Origin: Geopsychrobacteraceae bacterium
Lineage (GTDB): Bacteria > Desulfobacterota > Desulfuromonadia > Desulfuromonadales > Geopsychrobacteraceae
DNA: 64,000 bases
Direction: 5' to 3'
Assembly (NCBI GenBank): GCA_963662315.1
Contig: OY759353.1
Location: forward strand, 3,232,001-3,296,000
Within the stretch, counting starts at the first letter, position 1, and every line of letters begins with the position of its first letter. Positions 18,921-29,066 of this stretch are shown in pieces. The notes beneath the pieces were generated by a model, which saw only the letters and a list, made by a program, of their open reading frames with translations, was not told the DNA's origin and did no database searches. The translations under genes and the position numbers were made by a program.

Positions 18921-20786
18921 CTATTGAGTGACCTCTACGATCCGATCGCGTTTGAAGCCTAACAGATACAGCTCTTTCCGCGCTTCGCCAAAGTTGTCGA
19001 ACCCGATAGTGCCGGTGATACCGTGAAAATCATTCAGGCTCATCAGTTTCTGGCGCAATTCATCACGATTGGTGACGGCGGGGTCATCAATGCTGTGCAG
19101 TAAAATGTTTGCAATTTCAAACGCCTGCGCTTCCAGAATGGAGGGGGGCTCGGCATACGTCTGCTGATACAGTTCGATAAAACGTTTAACTTCAGGGGCT
19201 TTGGCCTCAGCAAAAAAAGCATCAACAAAAACGGCGTCCTTTAAAAACCGGCCTGCCCGTTCGGCCAACTCCTGGGAGTTCCAGCCATTAATGCCGAGCA
19301 GGGTCGTATCTTTAATGCCATAAAACATCAGCTGAGGAGCGATCAGGCTGATGTGATCAGCAAAATCAGGGATAAACAACGCGTGGAATGGCGGTTGAGG
19401 GTATTCCGCTTCCAGCTGCTCCGGCTCGGTCCCCTCTGCAGCCGGAGGTTGGGGGATTGGCCTTTCACCATTGCGCCACAGTAGCTGGGCAATAGGCTGT
19501 TTAAAATCGGTACTATCTTCGCTGTAGTTCACTGTGTCTACAATTTCGCCGCCGGCTTTAATCACTTCAGCTCTGAACAGCTCAGCCATCTGCTGCCCCA
19601 GTCGATTTTGCGGGTGCAGTATTGAGAAGGAGATATTTCCTTGTGCCATGGCGTAGTCAACCAGTGCCTTAACCTGCTGTTTGGCGGTCAGGGTGTCGCG
19701 AAAGATAAAATGTCCCAGTTCCGGTAATGCCTCCCCCTGGGCCAGGGTCAGCAACGGAACCATCTCCTGCTGTGCGCGCCGGGCAGCATCTTCCGCATTG
19801 GAACCCAAAAGCGGACCAATGACCGCCATGACTTTGTCATCATCACACAGGGCGCTGACCAGTTGAGCCGGGCTGACCCCTTCAGACGCCGTATCCCGAT
19901 AAATAAAGCGAATTGGCAAGCGGGTTTTATTATGCTCCTGAAGGGCAAGTTCGAGCCCGTTTTTAACCAGTTGAGCATAAGATTCATAGCGTCCGCTCAA
20001 TGGTAACATGACTCCTATGCTGTCACGGCTCAGCCAGTTGTTTTCACCGGTTCTGGCCATAAGAGCCTGGGCTTCCTGCCAGTAGGGGAAGGTTACGGAT
20101 GAGGCAAAGATACGGTCGAGATATGTTTTGGCCTGCTCAGGTTGCTGCTGAACCAGTGCCAGCCGTGCTAACTGTAACAGCGCATCCTGGCCAAGGGCTG
20201 TTCCTTGCCACATGAAGGCCGCTTCCCCCAGTTCCTCTGCGCTTAACTGGCCTTGCATAAGGTCATGAATGCGGGCCGTTACGCTGGCGGGGTGAGTGGA
20301 TATGGCCGTCTGTAGATTCAGGTAATAAAGTGCTTCCAGGTGCTTTTGTTGAGCGTTTGCCGCTGAGCTTAATGCCTCCAATAGGGCTATCCGGTCCGCT
20401 GTCGAAAAGGATTCTTCAAGCAGGGGCCTGAGCTGTGCCATTCCGGCGGCAGGCTGGTTGGTTCTAACCAGGCAGAGTCCGGACAGGAACTCGACTTCTG
20501 GACTTGTTGCCTGCTCAGGAACCTGCTTCAGATAAAGGAGCGCATCCCTGTAATTATGCTGCTCAATAAAGATCCTGGCAATCAGGGTTAGGCTTTGGAT
20601 GGTTTCCTGGCTTGAATTACCCTGGTGGATGATGGAACGTAAAACTGAAAGCGCCTGATTATATTTGCCGCCAGTGTAGAGTTGGCGCCCCAGTTCCAGT
20701 TGTCTGGCTACAACTTGATCTGCCGCTGCTACAGTGAGCGGGAATGCAAGTATTGAGACGATTAACAAAACAATGAGGCGCTTCAT
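18921..20786 (-). CDS. TPR plus periplasmic-binding-fold protein (LpoA-like penicillin-binding protein activator)
   Basis: Signal peptide, TPR-like helices, IGVMLPLSG, VIGPLL and ALFIPD type-I PBP motifs. Confidence 0.75.
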   Translation of the reverse strand: MKRLIVLLIVSILAFPLTVAAADQVVARQLELGRQLYTGGKYNQALSVLRSIIHQGNSSQETIQSLTLIARIFIEQHNYRDALLYLKQVPEQATSPEVEFLSGLCLVRTNQPAAGMAQLRPLLEESFSTADRIALLEALSSAANAQQKHLEALYYLNLQTAISTHPASVTARIHDLMQGQLSAEELGEAAFMWQGTALGQDALLQLARLALVQQQPEQAKTYLDRIFASSVTFPYWQEAQALMARTGENNWLSRDSIGVMLPLSGRYESYAQLVKNGLELALQEHNKTRLPIRFIYRDTASEGVSPAQLVSALCDDDKVMAVIGPLLGSNAEDAARRAQQEMVPLLTLAQGEALPELGHFIFRDTLTAKQQVKALVDYAMAQGNISFSILHPQNRLGQQMAELFRAEVIKAGGEIVDTVNYSEDSTDFKQPIAQLLWRNGERPIPQPPAAEGTEPEQLEAEYPQPPFHALFIPDFADHISLIAPQLMFYGIKDTTLLGINGWNSQELAERAGRFLKDAVFVDAFFAEAKAPEVKRFIELYQQTYAEPPSILEAQAFEIANILLHSIDDPAVTNRDELRQKLMSLNDFHGITGTIGFDNFGEARKELYLLGFKRDRIVEVTQ

Positions 20787-20819
20787 GCCAACTCCGTTTG
20801 TATTGAATAGGATCTGTAC

Positions 20820-21935
20820 TCAGTCAAACAGTTCCTTGACTTTGTCGAAAAAGCTTTTTCCCTGGGGATGAATATCTTCACCACTTTCTTTGGCGAATTC
20901 TTCAAGGAGCTCACGCTGCTTGGCGTTCAGCTTGGTTGGAACTTCGATTTTCAGAACGACAAGCTGATCACCGCGGCCATAGCCCTGCAGGGCCACAATT
21001 CCTTTTCCGGTCAACTTCAGGATCTTACCGCTTTGCGTACCGGCCGGAACTTTCATATTGACCTTCCCTTCAAGGGTTGGTACCTGCAGTTCACAGCCCA
21101 GGGCTGCCTGGACGAAGGAGATCGGGATCTCACAGATGATGTTCTGCCCTTCTCGCTGAAAAATCGGGTGAGTATCAACACTGATAACAACGTAAAGATC
21201 GCCAGGGAGCCCGCCGTGAGAGCCTGATTCCCCCTCGCCGGTCAGTTTGAGACGGGTGCCGGTTTCAACACCAGCCGGAACCTTCAACGATAGGGAGCGT
21301 TTTTTCTTCACCGTGCCGGTACCGCGACAATCCGGGCAAGGATCTTTGATGATTTTCCCTTCGCCGCGACAATCTGGACAGGGGCGACTCATGGTGAAAA
21401 ACCCCTGCTGGTAACGAACTTGTCCAGCACCACGACAGGTGGAACAGGTCTGTGCCTCGGTACCGGGGCGGGCACCGCTGCCATGACAGGTTTCACAACT
21501 TTGACTGCGAGGAAGCTGAAGTTTTTTCTCGGTCCCGAAGGCTGCTTCTTCGAAGCTGATAGTCAGGTTATAGCGCAGGTCATCACCACGTTGTCCGCGG
21601 CTGCCGCGTCTTGACCCTCCGCCAAAGATATCACCGAAAATATCACCGAAAATATCTTCGAAACCACCCCCCCCGAAATCGAACCCGCCGCCAGAGAAGC
21701 CGCCATTGCCATTGACACCGGCATGGCCAAACTGATCATAGTTGGCGCGTTTCTGTGAGTCGGAAAGAACCGAATAGGCTTCAGTGAGTTCTTTAAATTT
21801 CTCTTCAGCTGCTTTGTCGCCGGGATTTTTGTCGGGATGGTACTGGATTGCCAGCCGCCGGTATGCTTTTTTTATTTCTGTTTCACTTGCATTACGGTTG
21901 ACGCCCAGTATTTCGTAGTAGTCACGTTTAGCCAA
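20820..21935 (-). CDS. dnaJ: Chaperone DnaJ
   Basis: J domain with HPD, G/F region and four CxxCxGxG repeats; TTG start. Confidence 0.98.
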   Translation of the reverse strand: MAKRDYYEILGVNRNASETEIKKAYRRLAIQYHPDKNPGDKAAEEKFKELTEAYSVLSDSQKRANYDQFGHAGVNGNGGFSGGGFDFGGGGFEDIFGDIFGDIFGGGSRRGSRGQRGDDLRYNLTISFEEAAFGTEKKLQLPRSQSCETCHGSGARPGTEAQTCSTCRGAGQVRYQQGFFTMSRPCPDCRGEGKIIKDPCPDCRGTGTVKKKRSLSLKVPAGVETGTRLKLTGEGESGSHGGLPGDLYVVISVDTHPIFQREGQNIICEIPISFVQAALGCELQVPTLEGKVNMKVPAGTQSGKILKLTGKGIVALQGYGRGDQLVVLKIEVPTKLNAKQRELLEEFAKESGEDIHPQGKSFFDKVKELFD

Positions 21936-21960
21936 AATAACAATCCTGCGTAGTTGACAG

Positions 21961-21988
21961 ACAGGCGCTGAGAAGTCTCAGCGCCTGT
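21961..21988. terminator. Intergenic hairpin between dnaK and dnaJ
   Basis: ACAGGCGCTGAGA/TCTCAGCGCCTGT; no T-run on the minus strand, so it may only modulate downstream expression. Confidence 0.45.
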
Positions 21989-22006
21989 ATTTTGTTGATA
22001 AATAGC

Positions 22007-23905
22007 TTATTTCTTTTCGTCGACGTCTTCGAATTCAGCATCGACAACATCGTCACCTGACTGGCTTTCGGCGCCAGCAGCTTCGGCACCTTCACTGTTC
22101 TGTGCCTGGGCATACATCATTTCAGCCAGTTTGTGAGAGGCTTGAGCCAGCGCTTCAGTTTTCTTTTTGATCTCTTCGGGGTCATTACCTTCAACCGCTT
22201 TTTTGAGGTCGTCAAGAGCGCCCTGAATCTGGTTTTTGGTTGCACTGTCAAGCTTCTCACCGTGCTCACTGAGGGATTTCTCAGTTGTGTAGGTCAGACC
22301 GTCAGCCTGATTACGGGCCTCAATGAGTTCACGTTTTTTCTTGTCTTCGCCCGCATGGGCTTCGGCATCTTTGACCATGCGATTGATTTCATCGTCAGAC
22401 AGGCCGCTCGAAGCAGTAATTTGAATTGACTGCTCTTTGCCGGTGCCCAGATCTTTGGCAGAAACATGAAGTATACCGTTGGCATCGATATCGAAGGTGA
22501 CTTCAATCTGTGGTACACCACGCGGTGCAGCCGGAATCCCGACCAGTTCAAAATTGCCGATGGTTTTATTGTCGGCTGCCATTTCCCGTTCGCCCTGAAT
22601 AACGTGAACAGAAACAGCTGGCTGGTTATCAGCTGCGGTTGAGAAGACCTGGCTTTTTTTGCAAGGAACCGTGGTGTTTTTCTCAATCAGTTTGGTCATG
22701 ACACCGCCAAGGGTTTCAATACCAAGAGACAGTGGAGTAACGTCGAGCAGCAATACGTCTTTGACGTCACCGGTGAGAACGCCGCCCTGGATTGCGGCAC
22801 CAATAGCGACAACTTCGTCAGGGTTAACCCCCTTGCTTGGGGTTTTGCCGAAAATTTCCTTGACGCGATCCTGAACTGCTGGCATCCGGGTCATGCCACC
22901 AACCAGGATAACTTCGTCAATTTCGCTGGCGGACAGGCCGGCATCCTTAAGTGCTGTCTGGCATGGAGCAACCAATCTGGCCAGCAGCTCACTGCAGATG
23001 CTTTCCAGCTTGGAGCGGGACAGCTTCATGTTCAGGTGTTTCGGACCCGATTGATCTGCGGTAATAAACGGCAGGTTGATGTCGGTTTCCATGGAAGAAG
23101 AGAGTTCGCATTTGGCTTTCTCGGCAGCCTCTTTCAAACGTTGGAGAGCCATTTTGTCGCCACGCAGGTCGATCCCCTGATCTTTTTTGAACTCGCCGGC
23201 AACGTAATCGATGATACGTTGGTCAAAGTCCTCACCACCTAAGAAAGTGTCCCCGTTGGTTGCTTTAACCTCGAATACACCGTCACCGAGGTCGAGGATT
23301 GAAACGTCGAAAGTACCGCCACCAAGGTCGAAAACGGCGATGGTCATTTCTTCTTTTTTATCAAGACCGTATGCAAGTGAAGCCGCAGTTGGTTCGTTGA
23401 TGATACGCAGGACATTAAGACCGGAAATTTTACCAGCATCCTTGGTTGCCTGGCGTTGTGAGTCGTTGAAGTAAGCAGGTACGGTAATAACCGCGTCAGT
23501 GACTTTTTCACCAAGGTAATCTTCAGCGGTCTGCTTCATTTTCTGCAGAATCATGGCTGAAATTTCCGGGGCACTGAACTGTTTGTCACGGCACTGAACC
23601 CAGGCATCTCCGTTATCGGCTTCGATAATCTTAAACGGGCTGATGGCGATGTCTTTCTGAACGGCGTCAGAGCTGAATTTGCGGCCAATGAGACGTTTGA
23701 TGGCAAATAGTGTATTTTCAGGGTTGGTGACCGCCTGACGTTTTGCCTGCTGGCCGACCAGGCGCTCATTGCTTTCGGTAAACGCAACCATTGACGGGGT
23801 GGTTCTCGCCCCTTCAGAGTTGGCTATAACGACTGGTTCGCCACCTTCCATGACGGCGACACAAGAGTTGGTTGTTCCCAGGTCAATACCAATAACTTTA
23901 CCCAT
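22007..23905 (-). CDS. dnaK: Chaperone DnaK
   Basis: [25 protein letters not shown] and C-terminal DAEFEDV. Confidence 0.99.
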   Translation of the reverse strand: MGKVIGIDLGTTNSCVAVMEGGEPVVIANSEGARTTPSMVAFTESNERLVGQQAKRQAVTNPENTLFAIKRLIGRKFSSDAVQKDIAISPFKIIEADNGDAWVQCRDKQFSAPEISAMILQKMKQTAEDYLGEKVTDAVITVPAYFNDSQRQATKDAGKISGLNVLRIINEPTAASLAYGLDKKEEMTIAVFDLGGGTFDVSILDLGDGVFEVKATNGDTFLGGEDFDQRIIDYVAGEFKKDQGIDLRGDKMALQRLKEAAEKAKCELSSSMETDINLPFITADQSGPKHLNMKLSRSKLESICSELLARLVAPCQTALKDAGLSASEIDEVILVGGMTRMPAVQDRVKEIFGKTPSKGVNPDEVVAIGAAIQGGVLTGDVKDVLLLDVTPLSLGIETLGGVMTKLIEKNTTVPCKKSQVFSTAADNQPAVSVHVIQGEREMAADNKTIGNFELVGIPAAPRGVPQIEVTFDIDANGILHVSAKDLGTGKEQSIQITASSGLSDDEINRMVKDAEAHAGEDKKKRELIEARNQADGLTYTTEKSLSEHGEKLDSATKNQIQGALDDLKKAVEGNDPEEIKKKTEALAQASHKLAEMMYAQAQNSEGAEAAGAESQSGDDVVDAEFEDVDEKK

Positions 23906-23943
23906 GATGTATATCCTCCCTTTATCTTTTCAAATCTGGATTT

Positions 23944-24570
23944 TTATTCTGCGTTGTTGTCTTCATCTGTCGATGCATCTTCATTCGTTTTGTTGTCTGC
24001 TGGCGGGGCCGGAGCTTTTGCCACCATGACAAACGCCGGGCGTAGCAGCCTGTCGTTCAGCTGATAGCCTTTTTGCAATTGTTGAACAACGGTGTTAACC
24101 GGTTGGTCAGCGCTTTCGAGCTGCCCCATGGCCTGGTGCAAAGCAGGATCAAATGGCTGTCCCATCGATTCAATGGGCGTAACGCCAAAGCGGCTAAGGA
24201 CCTGGCTGAACTGGGTCAGAGTCATCTGTACCCCTTCGACCAATCCATTATCTCCCTGATCTGCATGTTCAACTGCCCGCTCAAGATTGTCCATGACTGG
24301 AAGAATCTCGCGCAATATGTTTTCATTGGCAAACTTAGCCAGTTCTTCTTTTTCTCTCTGGGTGCGTTTACGCAGATTCTCCATGTCGGCCAGAGTTCGC
24401 ATGTACTGCTCTTTATGATTTTTTGCTTCTTCCTGGGCCTTGATAAGATCGTTCTGTAGCTGTTCGTCACCTGAGATGATCTCAGGTTCTATGCTTTGAT
24501 CCTGATCACTCGGCTCAGTATCCGCGTTCTGTTCAAGCTCAGGGTCTTGCTGTTCAGTATTGTTACCCAC
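23944..24570 (-). CDS. grpE: Nucleotide exchange factor GrpE
   Basis: ADMENLRKR, DNLERA, FDPALHQA and QKGY..DRLLRPA; GTG start after AAGGAG. Confidence 0.97.
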   Translation of the reverse strand: MGNNTEQQDPELEQNADTEPSDQDQSIEPEIISGDEQLQNDLIKAQEEAKNHKEQYMRTLADMENLRKRTQREKEELAKFANENILREILPVMDNLERAVEHADQGDNGLVEGVQMTLTQFSQVLSRFGVTPIESMGQPFDPALHQAMGQLESADQPVNTVVQQLQKGYQLNDRLLRPAFVMVAKAPAPPADNKTNEDASTDEDNNAE

Positions 24571-24600
24571 CTTATTAACTCCTTTTGGTAAACTTTTGGT

Positions 24601-25641
24601 TTATTCTATTTCCCGTTCCAGAACCCGGCTGACCAATTGGGCAGTAAAGTCGACGATGGGAATGACCTGAGAGTAATCCATGCGGACCGGACCAATAACT
24701 CCCAGGGTTCCAATGGCGCCTTTCTGGTTGGAAAAATTTGACGTAATCAGGCTGTAGCCTTCCAGATCAATGCAACTGCTTTGACTGCCGATGAAGATCT
24801 GCACTCCTTGGGCGTTCTGACTGCGGTCCAGCAGTTCGATGAGCAGTTTTTTACTTTCCAGGGTCTGTATCAGACGTTTCATTTGCTGTGGAGAAGAAAA
24901 CTCAGGCTGCTCCAGCATCAGTGATGCGCCGGAAACGTAAATCTGATTTTCTACTTCATCCTGTAGGGCTGCACATGACAGACTCAGAGCCTGTTTCCTC
25001 AACCGGTCGTACAGAACCCTCTCTTCTTGCAATTCGGCACTCAGCTTTTTCCTGACTTCCTGAATCGAAAGGCCGGTCAGTTCCTTGTTCAGGTAATTAC
25101 TGATCTGCTCAAGCTGGCGATCATCAAGAGTCTGGTCTGCATCGATAATCTTATTCTGGACGAGACCCGATTCGGAGACGTAAATAACCAACAGGCGACC
25201 TTTGGACAGCCTGACAAATTCAATCTGACGAAACACCGTTGAAGAGAACTTAGGTGCCATGACCAGTCCGGTATATTTGGATAAGCCGGACATGACCTTT
25301 CCAACTTCCTGCATGATGTCTTCAAGCTTCATACTGCTGAACCGGTAGCTGTTGCGCAGGCGGGATTTTTCGTCTTTGGACAGGTCACGAATTTGCAGCA
25401 GGGAGTCAATGTAATACTGAAAACCCTGTGCCGTAGGAATCCTTCCGGCAGAAGTGTGCGGAGAACACAAAAAGCCCATCTCTTCAAGATCGGCCATAAC
25501 GTTGCGCACTGTTGCCGGCGACAGATTAAAATCGTGCCTGCGGGTTATTGCTCTGCTTCCAACTGGTTCTGCAGAAGAAATATAATCTTCAACAATTGCT
25601 TCCAGGATGTTCTGGCTGCGTTCATTGAGCTCCTCAGCCAT
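24601..25641 (-). CDS. hrcA: Heat-inducible transcription repressor HrcA
   Basis: EPVGSR, SPATVRNVMADLE, HTSAGRIPT and GPVRMDY; ATG 25641 after GGAG. Confidence 0.97.
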   Translation of the reverse strand: MAEELNERSQNILEAIVEDYISSAEPVGSRAITRRHDFNLSPATVRNVMADLEEMGFLCSPHTSAGRIPTAQGFQYYIDSLLQIRDLSKDEKSRLRNSYRFSSMKLEDIMQEVGKVMSGLSKYTGLVMAPKFSSTVFRQIEFVRLSKGRLLVIYVSESGLVQNKIIDADQTLDDRQLEQISNYLNKELTGLSIQEVRKKLSAELQEERVLYDRLRKQALSLSCAALQDEVENQIYVSGASLMLEQPEFSSPQQMKRLIQTLESKKLLIELLDRSQNAQGVQIFIGSQSSCIDLEGYSLITSNFSNQKGAIGTLGVIGPVRMDYSQVIPIVDFTAQLVSRVLEREIE

Positions 25642-25749
25642 GGGACTCTCCACCTATCGAACAAAGGTCTTACGGGCAAATGAAGCCCAGCAGCGTTGGG
25701 AAACAATGCTGGACGGTTTTCATACGATCCTTGCACCTTATGTTTAATG

Positions 25750-25776
25750 TTAGCACTCAACGCTGCCGAGTGCTAA
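25750..25776. promoter_or_regulatory. CIRCE element (HrcA operator)
   Basis: Exact TTAGCACTC-N9-GAGTGCTAA upstream of hrcA. Confidence 0.97.
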
Positions 25777-25782
25777 CATCGC

Positions 25783-25811
25783 AGCCTATCAATGCAAATG
25801 TGATTTGTCAA
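25783..25811 (-). promoter_or_regulatory. Sigma-70-type promoter of the hrcA-grpE-dnaK-dnaJ operon
   Basis: Minus strand TTGACA-N17-TAGGCT immediately upstream of CIRCE. Confidence 0.75.
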
Positions 25812-25862
25812 GGCTTATGGAATGTCGAAAAGCGGGATTTTTACAGTAACACTCTGTTCCGA

Positions 25863-26996
25863 CTAGAGGAATTCACTGATGAGATAATCATAAATAAGCC
25901 AGCCGTCCAGATTAAAGTGTAAAGAGTGGTTATCTTGGATTAAAAAGTTTTTGCAGCGCTGCATCGCCGCGCTAAAAACCTGTTCCGCATCCTGGCAGAA
26001 TATTTTTCTGAATTCTATCAGGTCCAGACCGTCTGACGTTCTTAAGCGCAGATAGCAATATTCACTCATAGCCGATTGGCAATCGAAGGTTTCGACAGTT
26101 TTGGCTGGATTCTTGTTGTTTTGCAGGGCGCGGCGAACGCGAGTAATATCGGCAGGAACCTGCCACCTGGTTCCCCAGTTGTGTGGATCAAAACCATGGG
26201 CGCCGCAGCCGACTGCCAGGCAGCCTTCGCGGCGCCAGTATACCTGGTTGTGGGCACAGCGAAAACCGGGGCGCGCAAAGTTTGAAATTTCGTAATGTTC
26301 ATAACCTGCAGCATTGGCTAGCTGGTTAATTTGGCGATACTGGTCTGCATATAGCTCTTCTGAGCAGGGCATAAGCTGTCCAGATTCAGCGCTTAGGGTA
26401 AGGGGCGTGCCCTCTTCAAAAGACAGTCCGTAAAGAGATATGTGTTCCGGGGATAGATCAAGTAACTGATTGATTTCTCGAAAATTGTCCTCAAGCGTTT
26501 GATCCGGAAGGGCAAACATGAGGTCAAGACTGATGTTGGTGAATCCAGCCCTGCGGGCCGCATTGAATCCCTCGATGGCGGTCCTGCTGTTGTGGATGCG
26601 GCCCAGAAGTTTCAGATTGGCATCGCTCAGGGACTGAATACCGAGTGACAGGCGATTCAGACCGGCAGCACGGTACCCTTGCAATTTTTCCAGAGTGATA
26701 GTCCCGGGGTTGGCTTCCAGGGTTATTTCAGCCTTTTGTGCTATTTTAAAGCAGCTATCCAGCTGCATTAAAATAGTTTGCAATTGCTTAGGTTGCAGTA
26801 ATGACGGGGTTCCGCCACCAAAGAAAATAGTTGTTAACGGTGTACCGGGAACAGAGTCCCGCGCCAGAACCTGAATATTTTTCTCAAGGAGGGCAACATA
26901 GGCGGCGATGTCACTACTGCTGCCAGGTTGTGAGTAAAAATCACAATATGGGCATTTGCGTGAGCAAAATGGGATGTGGATATATATTGAACTCAT
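25863..26996 (-). CDS. hemW: Radical SAM heme chaperone HemW
   Basis: IYIHIPFCSRKCPYCDF, GGGTPS, YEISNFA and HNQVYW (HNxxYW); position before hrcA. Confidence 0.9.
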   Translation of the reverse strand: MSSIYIHIPFCSRKCPYCDFYSQPGSSSDIAAYVALLEKNIQVLARDSVPGTPLTTIFFGGGTPSLLQPKQLQTILMQLDSCFKIAQKAEITLEANPGTITLEKLQGYRAAGLNRLSLGIQSLSDANLKLLGRIHNSRTAIEGFNAARRAGFTNISLDLMFALPDQTLEDNFREINQLLDLSPEHISLYGLSFEEGTPLTLSAESGQLMPCSEELYADQYRQINQLANAAGYEHYEISNFARPGFRCAHNQVYWRREGCLAVGCGAHGFDPHNWGTRWQVPADITRVRRALQNNKNPAKTVETFDCQSAMSEYCYLRLRTSDGLDLIEFRKIFCQDAEQVFSAAMQRCKNFLIQDNHSLHFNLDGWLIYDYLISEFL

Positions 26997-27030
26997 GAAT
27001 AAAGCCCCCTGCGGTCAGGGGGCGTTGTCA

Positions 27031-28797
27031 TTATTTAAAGTAAAGCATCGACATGATGGCCAAAAAGGCAACGGCCAGAAAAACACCCGCACCCATGGGA
27101 TAGGCATTCAACCCGGTTTGCCGGTCAATGCTCTGCAGCGATTTGCTCTGCTCCGATTCATCGCCACTGGCCTCTGAGCCAAGCTGTACCAGATGACGTT
27201 GAATGCTGCGTGATGGATCTTCAAAAAAGCGGGCCAGTAATTGGGGCAGCTTCTGCATGAAAATACGATCACCGAAGGTGTTGATACCATTAAAAATTTT
27301 GTCGCAGCCATAGATGAATAGGCGCCCACCTTTACGGTAGATCCAATCAGTATCGATTGAAATGGTTTCGGTACGCTTGAGCAATGGCAGCAACATAAAG
27401 AAAGCTAGAGCTGAAAACATCAACAGTTGAAACTGGTTGAGGGTGTGTTCAAAGGTATAGGCATGGAAATCAACGGGGTACGGGAGAATGTCATACAGTG
27501 GCTGCGGATAAATGCCCAGAAAAATACAGACGAATGCCAACAGGGCCATGGCCGCCAGCATATGTTTGGGTGGTTCCCCGGGGCGTAAGCCATTGTCTTT
27601 GGCAAAGAAAACAAAGTAAGGAAATTTGATCCCGGCATGAAGAAAGACTCCAGCTGAGGCAATTTCCAGAATTAACCAGACCCAGAAGAAGCCTTCATGC
27701 ACCCCAGCTTCGATAATCATCGGTTTGCTGGTATAGCCTGACAGAAAAGGAAAGCTGGAAATGGCCAGGGCGCCGATAGTGCCGAATATCAAGGTTAGCG
27801 GCATGGTTTTGTAGAGTCCGCCGAGATCGGTACATTTGCTTTTTCCGGTCATATAGAGCACTGAGCCGGCACTCATCCACAATAAGGCTTTGTAAATGAT
27901 ATGACAAAAGGCATGGGCAACCGCACCGCTGATTGCTAATGATGTACCGATACCGACACCACAAATCATGAAGCCGACCTGATTCATAATGGAGTAGGCG
28001 AGAATCCGTCGCATATCATTTTCAAGAATGGCCCAGATAATACCGTATATAGCCATAACACAGCCAACAAACAGCAAAATCTCCCAGCCGGCAAAGCCGC
28101 GGATAAGTGTGTAAACAGCTGTTTTGGTGGTGTAGGCGGTCATGATAACACCACCAGTCACGGTTGCTTCGGGGTATGCATCTGACAACCAGGCGTTAAA
28201 TGGTGGCGCTGCTGCATTGGTCAGGAAGCCGAGCAGAATTAGGCCGGTTGCCCAACCGTTAGGACTGAATCCGGTAAAAGCAACGGATCCTGTGGAATTA
28301 ATCTGCAGCAGAATTCCCGCGAGCAAGCATAACCCACCGAAAATGTGCATCATAACGTATCTGAAAGCAGCACCGTAGGCGCGTTCAGTTTTGCGGGCAA
28401 GTACCAGAAAGGTTGAGGTGATAGCCATGACTTCCCAGAACAGGTAAAGGGAAATCAGGTCTGAAGCAAAAACTGCGCCCAAGGCTGATCCGATGTAGGC
28501 CAGTGCTGCAGTATGCTCGTAGCGGTCTTTGAGATGTAGCGCGAAAAGAAAACATGCGAAGGCATTGATGGTAAAAACATAACCAAAAGCTTTGCTGAGC
28601 TTGTCGACACGCAACAGGTTCAGATCGAACCCGAACAGATGATAGCCGAGGTAAGTTCCTGGTTCCAGTTGGGTAATTGCCAGAAAGGCCAGCGCCGGAG
28701 CCAGAAGAATAATAACGCGTCTCCCGGCAAGCGGAAGCAACCACAGGAGTATCGCCCCCAACAGGAAGAAAATTGATGGATGCAGGCTAGCGGTCAT
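27031..28797 (-). CDS. Mrp antiporter subunit D-like (NuoL/M/N family), long form
   Basis: FWEVMA, WLSDAYPEA, YTTKT and HAFCHIIYK proton-antiporter motifs. Confidence 0.9.
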   Translation of the reverse strand: MTASLHPSIFFLLGAILLWLLPLAGRRVIILLAPALAFLAITQLEPGTYLGYHLFGFDLNLLRVDKLSKAFGYVFTINAFACFLFALHLKDRYEHTAALAYIGSALGAVFASDLISLYLFWEVMAITSTFLVLARKTERAYGAAFRYVMMHIFGGLCLLAGILLQINSTGSVAFTGFSPNGWATGLILLGFLTNAAAPPFNAWLSDAYPEATVTGGVIMTAYTTKTAVYTLIRGFAGWEILLFVGCVMAIYGIIWAILENDMRRILAYSIMNQVGFMICGVGIGTSLAISGAVAHAFCHIIYKALLWMSAGSVLYMTGKSKCTDLGGLYKTMPLTLIFGTIGALAISSFPFLSGYTSKPMIIEAGVHEGFFWVWLILEIASAGVFLHAGIKFPYFVFFAKDNGLRPGEPPKHMLAAMALLAFVCIFLGIYPQPLYDILPYPVDFHAYTFEHTLNQFQLLMFSALAFFMLLPLLKRTETISIDTDWIYRKGGRLFIYGCDKIFNGINTFGDRIFMQKLPQLLARFFEDPSRSIQRHLVQLGSEASGDESEQSKSLQSIDRQTGLNAYPMGAGVFLAVAFLAIMSMLYFK

Positions 28798-29053
28798 AGT
28801 AATCCTCTTTTTTCTTCAGCGCGAAACCAAGGAACTTGGAAACCAAGATAATGACAACGCAAGAGACAAAACCGAACACAGCATAAAATCCTGGCCAGCC
28901 CTCAAGCGATGAAAACAGAGTGTGTTTGTGAATAAAGAAATCCGGTAGAACCAGCAGAACTAGTACCACGTAAAAGCCGATCTTAAGATTTTTAATATTC
29001 TTGGGACGGTCAAACCAGGTCCAGACTTCGGGCTTTTTATCTTCGGAGTTCAT
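28787..29053 (-). CDS. Small 2-TM accessory protein of the Mrp cluster
   Basis: WPGFYAVFGF and C-terminal EDYYD; overlaps the next gene. Confidence 0.8.
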   Translation of the reverse strand: MNSEDKKPEVWTWFDRPKNIKNLKIGFYVVLVLLVLPDFFIHKHTLFSSLEGWPGFYAVFGFVSCVVIILVSKFLGFALKKKEDYYDR

Positions 29054-29066
29054 GGGTCACCTCAAC

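Noticed and set aside
21624..21663. Short tandem repeat AATATCACCGAA
   Set aside because: Encodes the normal DIF repeats of the DnaJ G/F region
25863..26996. HemN coproporphyrinogen dehydrogenase
   Set aside because: Short N-terminus, HNxxYW motif and position before hrcA indicate HemW
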